Part shown: positions 57,325 through 64,000 of the stretch, piece by piece | Layout: each line of letters starts with the position of its first letter | Numbering within the stretch: the first letter of the stretch is position 1 | Assembly: GCA_963702845.1 (NCBI GenBank) | Contig: OY969763.1 | Coordinates: 288,001 to 352,000 of the forward strand | Length of the DNA: 64,000 nucleotides | Reading direction: 5' to 3' | Source: an uncultured Verrucomicrobiae bacterium | GTDB lineage: Bacteria; Verrucomicrobiota; Verrucomicrobiia; Limisphaerales; Palsa-1400 | Program-made: the position numbers and the translations under genes | The notes under the pieces: model-generated | The model's database searches: none | What the model was told of the DNA's origin: nothing | What the model saw: the letters and a program-made list of their open reading frames with translations, nothing else

Positions 57325-59112
57325 ATGCGCACTGCTGCTCTCCGCAAACTCATTGGGATTTCACTCGGACTCGTTGTCGCATTCGGATGCGAGCGCGTGT
57401 TCAGTGCGCAAGCGGCAACGAACGCAATCAAACAGTGCGAGGTGCGATATTTTGATTTTCCTGCCGTGTCAGTGACGAACACCGCGCCGGGCCGTTGGTT
57501 TGTGGATTTCGGGCAGGACGCGTTTGGATATTTATCGGTGCGTGGCGGAGCCGGATTCGCGGGAAGCAACGTCGTTGTGCGGTTTGGCGAGATGCGCAAA
57601 GGAAATGCGGTCGAGACGAAGCCGCAGGGTCTGGTGCGCTACGGGACCAACGCGTTCGCGTTCCAAAGCGACAAGGCCATCTACGACATTCACCCGCCGC
57701 ATATAGGTGGAGCCGTGAATCCGCCGACGAACTTCGGTTCGGTGATGCCGTTTCGATATGTCGAGCTGCGGAATTTTCCGGGAACACTCACGAATACGGA
57801 TATTGTGCAGCACAGATTGGCTGCGGATTTTGATACGAACGCGGCGCGGTTTGAGAGCTCGAGTGAAGCGCTGAATTCGATTTGGAATCTCTGCCGCAAT
57901 TCAATGCAGTGGCTGACATTTGACGGCGTTTACATCGATGGCGATCGCGAACGCAAACCATACGAGGCCGATGCCTACATTCAACAGCTCAGCACTTACG
58001 CGGTGCAAAACGATTTCAAAATGCCGCGCTGCTCGTTTGAGTATCTGGTCGCGCATCCAACGTGGCCAACGGAATGGAGTTTCCACATGGTCTTCATAGC
58101 GTGGGCTGATTACATGCAGACGGGAAACAAGGATTTGTTGCTCAAGTATTACGACGTGCTGAAGAAGAAGTGCCTGCTCAATCACGCGCGCGCTGATGGA
58201 TTGATTCGTGGCAACGGAAAGAATGATGTCATCGATTGGCCACCGGCCGACCGCGACGGCTACGACATGAAACTGGAATACAAAGCGGTGGTGAACGCGT
58301 TTTATTACCGCTGCATGGTCATCATGGAGCAAGTGGCGCGAGTGACTGGCCACAACAAAGACGCAGGGGATTTCAAGCATTGCGCGGCCAACGTGTACAA
58401 AAGTTTCGACAAAGTGTTTTGGAACGAGGGTAGCTACGTCGATGGCGAAGGTTCGATGCATTCGTCGGCGCATGCGAATTTTTTCCCACTCGCATTCGGG
58501 TTGGTGCCACAGGAAAAGCGCCCGGCTGTGCTCAAGTTTCTGCACGGTCGCACCGAAGCGAATGGCGGGATGGTGCCGAGTGTTTATGGTGCGCAATATT
58601 TGTTGGAGGCGCTTTTTGAAAATGACGACACGGACACGGCGTTAGGTCTGATCACGACGAACAGCCCACGCAGTTGGCTGAACATGATGAACGCGGGTTC
58701 GACGCTCACGACGGAAGCGTGGAGTTTTGCCGATAAGGCGAACCAGGATTGGAACCACGCATGGGGCTCGGCGCCGGGAAATTTAACCGCGCGTTATGTG
58801 CTAGGCGTGCGGCCGTTAAAGCCGGGCTTTAGCGAAGTGGTCATTCAACCGCGGCTCGGCACGACGTTGCAATTTGTGAAGGGAACTGTTCCGACGATTC
58901 GCGGGCCGATTGAGATTAGCGTGCGAGAACACGACGGCGACATGGATGTGTCGTTGAAAATTCCGGCGAGCGTGACTGCGACTGTGGTGCTGCCGACTAC
59001 GAACAAGGAAGTCGTTCTAGATGGCAAAATAGTTTCCGGCAGCAGATCAAATCAGTGGCTGGTGCTTAAAAATGTCGGCGCGGGATCACACGACGTTCGC
59101 GCCAAACGTTAA
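57325..59112 (+). CDS. Alpha-L-rhamnosidase (GH78), secreted
   Basis: VDFGQ, FRYVE, IDGDRER, IDWP, TTEAW and NHAWG motifs. Confidence 0.85.
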   Translation: MRTAALRKLIGISLGLVVAFGCERVFSAQAATNAIKQCEVRYFDFPAVSVTNTAPGRWFVDFGQDAFGYLSVRGGAGFAGSNVVVRFGEMRKGNAVETKPQGLVRYGTNAFAFQSDKAIYDIHPPHIGGAVNPPTNFGSVMPFRYVELRNFPGTLTNTDIVQHRLAADFDTNAARFESSSEALNSIWNLCRNSMQWLTFDGVYIDGDRERKPYEADAYIQQLSTYAVQNDFKMPRCSFEYLVAHPTWPTEWSFHMVFIAWADYMQTGNKDLLLKYYDVLKKKCLLNHARADGLIRGNGKNDVIDWPPADRDGYDMKLEYKAVVNAFYYRCMVIMEQVARVTGHNKDAGDFKHCAANVYKSFDKVFWNEGSYVDGEGSMHSSAHANFFPLAFGLVPQEKRPAVLKFLHGRTEANGGMVPSVYGAQYLLEALFENDDTDTALGLITTNSPRSWLNMMNAGSTLTTEAWSFADKANQDWNHAWGSAPGNLTARYVLGVRPLKPGFSEVVIQPRLGTTLQFVKGTVPTIRGPIEISVREHDGDMDVSLKIPASVTATVVLPTTNKEVVLDGKIVSGSRSNQWLVLKNVGAGSHDVRAKR

Positions 59113-59120
59113 AGCTGCCG

Positions 59121-59645
59121 TTACTTTTCAACGATACTCTTGAGTGACGCGAGGCCTTTGGCGAAATCTTTGCCGCACATGTCTTCGCAGTTCATGAAAA
59201 GGCCGAAGATTTTGAAAGCAGTGTTGGTTTTGCCGGTCATGGTCCATTTGACGTCCGTTTGAGAGGCTTCTGGGTCGAAACGGAACTCGGCCATGTTCGT
59301 GGCGGCGAAGGGACGGAAGAATTCGAGTTTAAAGCGGATGAAAGTGCTCGGGCGATTGTCGGTGATCGTCATGCGGCCAGCGCCGACTTTTTTGTTTCCT
59401 TCCCATGACATGATCGCGCCAGGCCCAGCGACCGGGCCTTCGAAGTTGTATTTGCAAGTGGGGTCGAGTTTGGCCCAGGGCGACCAGGCGTCCCATTGGT
59501 GCAGATCGTTGACGTGCGGGAAAATTTTTTCTGGTAGAGCGGAGATTTTTGTCGAGCGACAGACGGCAAATTCATCAGGCACACCGGCAATGATGACGAT
59601 GAAGAGAATCGCGATGATGACGAGAGCGAGGATGATCGGGAGCAT
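59121..59645 (-). CDS. SRPBCC family protein
   Basis: WDAWSPW, WEGNKKVGAG, LEFFRPF and GKDFAKGLASLK motifs. Confidence 0.88.
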   Translation of the reverse strand: MLPIILALVIIAILFIVIIAGVPDEFAVCRSTKISALPEKIFPHVNDLHQWDAWSPWAKLDPTCKYNFEGPVAGPGAIMSWEGNKKVGAGRMTITDNRPSTFIRFKLEFFRPFAATNMAEFRFDPEASQTDVKWTMTGKTNTAFKIFGLFMNCEDMCGKDFAKGLASLKSIVEK

Positions 59646-59675
59646 GGCGGAAAAAAGTTAGGAATTAGAATGTTT

Positions 59676-60062
59676 TTAGTTGAGCAACTCAGCGAATTTG
59701 GCGCGGGCGGTCCATAACAAGAACAGCGCGAGGACGATGACGACAATGAGCATGGGGTTCAGAAAACTTTGAGGACCCGCAATAAACGCGCTGTTAGCGA
59801 TGATGTTCACGATGATCGGTCCAAGAATGAGGAGGCCGATGTTACGCAGGCGCGGGATCATGACGAGGATGCCGCCGACAAGTTCGAAAACTTTGACGAA
59901 TGTGAAATAGCCGGTTGGTCCGAATGCGGCCATGAAGTGAGCGATAGGTGTGCCTTCCTGGAGTGTCGGCATCGGAACGAGATGGAGCAGGAACGGAATG
60001 CTCGCGGCGAGAAAACAGAGGCCGAGCAAAATTCCGGCGATGTTCGGGAGAATTTTTTTCAT
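59676..60062 (-). CDS. DoxX-like membrane protein
   Basis: 4 TM segments; TGY...VKVFELVGG and LGPIIVNI. Confidence 0.75.
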   Translation of the reverse strand: MKKILPNIAGILLGLCFLAASIPFLLHLVPMPTLQEGTPIAHFMAAFGPTGYFTFVKVFELVGGILVMIPRLRNIGLLILGPIIVNIIANSAFIAGPQSFLNPMLIVVIVLALFLLWTARAKFAELLN

Positions 60063-60157
60063 GGATGCGTGGGGATTATAGCGATGCATTGAGTCAACTC
60101 AAGGCCGCTGTCATCGTTGCACTTTTCCGGCGTACGGACGAGGACGTCCACGCCCCG

Positions 60158-61582
60158 CTAGTTGTGCGGTTGACCGATCCAATATTGCCGGGCGTGTGCG
60201 AAACAAGCGGTTCCGATTTGGCGACCGAGAACGCGCGAGTTGAGATCGCCTTGTTCAAAGTGGATGCCACCATAACGACGCGACATGCCGGCTTCATCGG
60301 CAGCGTCGGAAAAGGTTGCCCATGACAATTTCAGAATTTGCGCAGGCACCGCGCCCGGTTCTACTTTCGAGGAACCTGCAGCAATCGTAACGGAGTAGTT
60401 GAAAACATCGCTGCCGGTGAATTCTTTTAATACTTCGGCTCCCGCGGCGCTAAACGCGCTGTGCCCAGAGCAGTATTCAGCGAAAGCCGGTGTGACGACG
60501 GTGAGTGGTTGATAGGGAATCCAATCTTCGCCATTGATGACTTTAGCGCCCTGATAGGGGCCGGCCCAGACGCGGATTTTTTTGCCTTTTTTGAGGAAGC
60601 GAATGGCGGTGATGGGACGCTCGGAATCGTAAACACGTTTGCATTCCCAAACGGCGATGCTGGCATCAAGCATGGCGTTGCCGAGTGCGAAAAACAGTTT
60701 TACATCGTCATCGATCGACATGTGATCGCGTTTTGAAATGACTTGCGCGAAGAGGTTCCAGTGGCCGGGCGGGAGTTCGGAATTCGGACCATCGGCCCAA
60801 TATTCGGCGATCATTTTTGTGCGGTCATCAAGCTTTTCGCTCAGGTGAATGAGCGCTTCGGCCTGGGCGATGTATTGGCCGTTCGGAAATCGAATCGGCT
60901 CTTCCGGGCGAAGTGCAGAGCCGTTCGGCATGGCAAATGGAAAGACGTTTGACCAAAACGGCGCGACGAATTTTTGGATGGTATAGCCGCCGTGGCCGTC
61001 GGAAACGGCCAAGGGTTGCCAGCGATTTGGATCGATGATTTGGTCGGGAGTGTTGATTGGAGCGTAGCCGGTGTAATCGGAATAGGCGCCCGCATGAAGG
61101 TCGCCGAGTTGATTTGCGCCATCGTGATGCCGGAATTGGAGGACAGCGGCTGCGGCGACATTGCCAATTCCAGTGGGCGTGCTGGTGTCGGTCGTCGTGT
61201 CGTTCGGATCGAAACCCATGCTTTGCATGAGTGAATCGGCCATCGGTTTTTGCGTCGGAAATAAATCCACCATGGCGCGGTACGCTGCGTAGCTGATGGC
61301 TTTTTGTTTGTTCGCTTCAGTGCGTTCACTCGCGGGACGACGGAGCGTTGCGCCGAGACGCGTGCCGGCGGCATTCGCGTCATACGCGGTCCAGGCTTCG
61401 TATTCGCAGGTTTGAACGATGGCCAACATGCGCGCGACCATCGGCGGACCGGGTTTGGTGACGCGGATGGCCTGGAGCGTGGCGTCGTTCCAATCGGTGA
61501 CGAGGGAATCGGCGAAGGTGTGTGCAGCAAAAGAGAAGACCACAGACGCAAGCAGGGCCTTGAACGAAATCCTGAGTTTCAT
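60158..61582 (-). CDS. Vanadium-dependent haloperoxidase/PAP2-family secreted protein
   Basis: Signal peptide; KRVYDSERP, YCSGHS and SRRYGGIHF vanadate/phosphate-binding motifs. Confidence 0.85.
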   Translation of the reverse strand: MKLRISFKALLASVVFSFAAHTFADSLVTDWNDATLQAIRVTKPGPPMVARMLAIVQTCEYEAWTAYDANAAGTRLGATLRRPASERTEANKQKAISYAAYRAMVDLFPTQKPMADSLMQSMGFDPNDTTTDTSTPTGIGNVAAAAVLQFRHHDGANQLGDLHAGAYSDYTGYAPINTPDQIIDPNRWQPLAVSDGHGGYTIQKFVAPFWSNVFPFAMPNGSALRPEEPIRFPNGQYIAQAEALIHLSEKLDDRTKMIAEYWADGPNSELPPGHWNLFAQVISKRDHMSIDDDVKLFFALGNAMLDASIAVWECKRVYDSERPITAIRFLKKGKKIRVWAGPYQGAKVINGEDWIPYQPLTVVTPAFAEYCSGHSAFSAAGAEVLKEFTGSDVFNYSVTIAAGSSKVEPGAVPAQILKLSWATFSDAADEAGMSRRYGGIHFEQGDLNSRVLGRQIGTACFAHARQYWIGQPHN

Positions 61583-61730
61583 GAATTGGTTTATCTGACA
61601 ACCGAAGCTCAACGGGATGTCGAGGTGGAGTGTGGGAGTTCCAAAAAAAGCAGTCGAGCAGCTTCGGATCAGAGTGGGCCTGTTTGATGCGTCAGGTTTT
61701 CCTGTAAGTTAAACGGCTCGTTCTAAATCG

Positions 61731-61759
61731 TTGACCACATCCGCGGTCGCTCATATAAA
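61731..61759 (+). promoter_or_regulatory. Putative sigma-70 promoter
   Basis: TTGACC-17 nt-TATAAA, 10 nt before ATG 61770. Confidence 0.55.
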
Positions 61760-61769
61760 CAGCGACACC

Positions 61770-62447
61770 ATGCGTTCAAGATTTTTTGGTCCCGCGTTCA
61801 TCGCGTTGTTGTCGTCAACCCTCATTGCCAGTGCCGCGCCGAAATGGACGGTTCTTTTCGACGGCAAAAATGCCGATCAATGGCGCGGATATCATCGCGA
61901 CGGATTTCCGAGTGATTGTTGGGTGATTGAAAACGGCACATTGCGCACCTTGCCGGGCAAACCCGGTCCGGTCGACCTGATCACGAAAGAAAATTACACT
62001 GATTTTGAACTGGAGCTGGAATGGAAGGTTACGCCCGCGGCGAACAGTGGAGTCATTTATCGCGCGTCGGAAGAATTTGATCACTCTTGGAAAACGGGCA
62101 CCGAATATCAAGTGCTGGACGACGAAAAGAACGGCGACGGCAAAGATCCCAAACGGAGCGCTGGATCGTTATACGCTCTTATTGCCCCGACGAACAAACA
62201 CCTCAAGCCGGTCGGCGACTGGAACAAGGCGCGAATTGTTTTCCATAAGAACCACGTCGAACATTGGCTCAACGGCAAGAAGGTCGTCGAATACACCTGG
62301 GGAAGCCCTGAGCTGAAGGATTTGATCGCCAACAGTAAATTTAGCAGCATGCCGAAGTTTGCGACCGAATCGACCGGTCACATCTGCCTGCAACACCATG
62401 GCGGCGATGTGTCGTTCCGCAAAATTCGTATTCGCAAGCTCGACTGA
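61770..62447 (+). CDS. DUF1080 (3-keto-disaccharide hydrolase family) secreted protein
   Basis: LFDGK, FELELEWK, NSGV, EYQVLD, GSLY and LQHHG motifs. Confidence 0.9.
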   Translation: MRSRFFGPAFIALLSSTLIASAAPKWTVLFDGKNADQWRGYHRDGFPSDCWVIENGTLRTLPGKPGPVDLITKENYTDFELELEWKVTPAANSGVIYRASEEFDHSWKTGTEYQVLDDEKNGDGKDPKRSAGSLYALIAPTNKHLKPVGDWNKARIVFHKNHVEHWLNGKKVVEYTWGSPELKDLIANSKFSSMPKFATESTGHICLQHHGGDVSFRKIRIRKLD

Positions 62448-62498
62448 GATCCGAATTGGAAAAAAAGCGCCGAATTCAAAGTTTAAAATAAATTTGTA

Positions 62499-63233
62499 AT
62501 GAAACGTCATTTGTTGGTGCTTGGGGCTTTGATCTTATCTGGTGCTTGCAGCCTGGTGTTTGGAGCTTCTGAGCCGAACACGTTGACGGACGCTGAGAAA
62601 TCCGCCGGCTGGAAACTTCTGTTCGCCGGCAGGACCTTCGACGGTTGGCGCTCCTTTCACTCCCCCAACATTCATTCGAACTGGGTTGTATCCGATGAGT
62701 GCTTGCATCACATCCCAAAGGACAAAGGCGGACACGACTTAATCAGTGACGCCATGTTTGGCGATTTTGAATTGGAGTGGGATTGGAAAATTGCGCCGAA
62801 AGCGAACAGCGGCGTGAAATATTTCATTACCGACGACGGCAAACAACCGCTAGGCTTCGAATACCAGATGATCGATGATGAACATTGGGACCCGAAACAT
62901 TCGTTACATCAGACGATGAAGGGGACGGGCTCCCTCTACGATATGTTGCCGCCTAAGGGTGTGCACACCTCGCCAGTTGGCGAATTCAATCATTCGCGTA
63001 TTGTAGTTTCAGGTAATCACATTGAGCATTGGCTCAACGGAGAAAAGGTGGTTCAGACCGACCTAGGAAGTACCACGTTGAAATCCGCAATCGCCCGAAG
63101 CAAGTTCAAGGACGTGCCCCGATTCGGTGAATACAAAAGAGGGCACATCTTATTACAGGACCATGGCGATGAGGTATGGTTCAGAAGTTTGAAGATTCGA
63201 ACGACTGGGCAAGCAGTGAGAAAAAGTGAATAA
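62499..63233 (+). CDS. DUF1080 secreted protein, tandem paralogue
   Basis: NTLTDAEK..GWKLLF, NSGVKY, EYQMID and LQDHG motifs. Confidence 0.9.
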   Translation: MKRHLLVLGALILSGACSLVFGASEPNTLTDAEKSAGWKLLFAGRTFDGWRSFHSPNIHSNWVVSDECLHHIPKDKGGHDLISDAMFGDFELEWDWKIAPKANSGVKYFITDDGKQPLGFEYQMIDDEHWDPKHSLHQTMKGTGSLYDMLPPKGVHTSPVGEFNHSRIVVSGNHIEHWLNGEKVVQTDLGSTTLKSAIARSKFKDVPRFGEYKRGHILLQDHGDEVWFRSLKIRTTGQAVRKSE

Positions 63234-63660
63234 GTCGAAAAAGTCTATGGCAAGACAGGATCGAGTGCAGTTCAGCTCTGAAGAAACGCCGGAATTTAAC
63301 AATCCGTTTGCGAATCTGCAGATTGATCGGTTGCCGCTGGGCGAACCCGATAAGCAACAACCATTGGAGCCATCAGAGCAATCGCGTGCGGAGGCTATCT
63401 TTTCGGCGGGTTTGAAACTCGGGCGCGTCGTGCTGCGGCGTGAAACGGCGCATCGCGGTGGAAAAGTGGTGGTTGTGATCGATCAATTCGCGCCGAACAT
63501 CAGCGCTAAACAAATCCAGGCGCTCGCCAAAAAGCTCCGTAGCGCGTGTGGATGTGGTGGGACGACCAAGGAGCGAAGCATTGAACTACAAGGGAATCAC
63601 GTGGAAAAAATCCGCCAATTGCTCGAGCAGGAAGGTTTTCGAGTCGCTGGGGTGAGGTAA
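63226..63660 (+). CDS. yciH: Translation initiation factor SUI1/YciH
   Basis: RGGKVV, LRSACGCGGT and IELQG motifs. Confidence 0.85.
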   Translation: MNKSKKSMARQDRVQFSSEETPEFNNPFANLQIDRLPLGEPDKQQPLEPSEQSRAEAIFSAGLKLGRVVLRRETAHRGGKVVVVIDQFAPNISAKQIQALAKKLRSACGCGGTTKERSIELQGNHVEKIRQLLEQEGFRVAGVR

Positions 63661-63712
63661 TCGCCTCTCGATTTAGTTAGAGCAGGGTCAGGTCTGCTGC
63701 TACGCTGTTCGG

Positions 63713-64000
63713 GTGCAGCAGTTGCTGAACATCATCCACGAAGACGCTGATCTATTGGTCGTTAATAAACCCTCCGATCTCGTCTGCCATCCGACCAAAG
63801 GTGATGAATATTCCAGTTTGATCTCTCGCGTGCGACTCTATCTTGGGCCGGACGTGTCGTGTCATTTGGTGAATCGGCTCGATCGCGAGACCAGCGGAGT
63901 GACTTTTCTGGCGAAGAGTTCTGCGGTGGCAGGCCAGCTTGGGAAACTTTGGGAAGCGCGCGCGGTGGAGAAAGAATATTTAGCGATCGTTCACGGAACT
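63713..64000 (+). CDS. RluA-family pseudouridine synthase, partial (runs off the window; not in the ORF track)
   Basis: Manual translation: IIHEDADLLVVNKPSDLVCHP...VNRLDRETSG...KEYLAIVHG. Confidence 0.9.
   Translation, partial: MQQLLNIIHEDADLLVVNKPSDLVCHPTKGDEYSSLISRVRLYLGPDVSCHLVNRLDRETSGVTFLAKSSAVAGQLGKLWEARAVEKEYLAIVHGT

Noticed and set aside
63868..63900. NRLD instead of HRLD in the RluA enzyme as inactivation
   Set aside because: The catalytic Asp is retained, and variation at this position is ordinary.
1..64000. tRNA, rRNA, integrase, transposase, phage or defence genes
   Set aside because: None recognised by eye.

Overview
Bacterial DNA; gene families and short repeats point to Verrucomicrobia of the Pedosphaera/Limisphaerales type (inference). 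Positions 1-37.5 kb are one co-directional (+) Wzx/Wzy-type exopolysaccharide locus coupled to an exosortase module. It encodes a Wzc-like co-polymerase with a degenerate kinase domain, a deacetylase-GT4 fusion, a deacetylase, four GT2s, a VioA-like aminotransferase plus acetyltransferase, a flippase, a polymerase and three methyltransferases. It also encodes two Cys-less asparagine-synthetase-like amide ligases, an orphan ectB, a Fem/GNAT-like protein, CapA- and DUF218-like proteins and three mutually related secreted beta-helix/LamG proteins. A 1.2 kb non-coding gap then precedes an outer-membrane beta-barrel, an exosortase and a TPR lipoprotein. The rest is mixed: GDPD, DUF4912, a Kelch/Ig protein, GH20, an NHL protein, an orphan SdhA/NadB-like flavoprotein, scpAB, BatD/E, GH78, a vanadium haloperoxidase-like protein, two DUF1080, SUI1 and a partial RluA. 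The leading candidates for new biology are: (1) a diaminobutyrate-based glycan-tailoring pathway; (2) two unannotated promoter-to-terminator structured RNAs (31.07 kb, three GGU-capped hairpins; 53.13 kb, C-rich loop with anti-Shine-Dalgarno); (3) a helically phased repeat field upstream of the exosortase operon; (4) a methyltransferase cassette bounded by 40-bp direct repeats. Six single-base frameshifts are probably sequencing errors. All calls come from reading motifs by eye; no searches were run.
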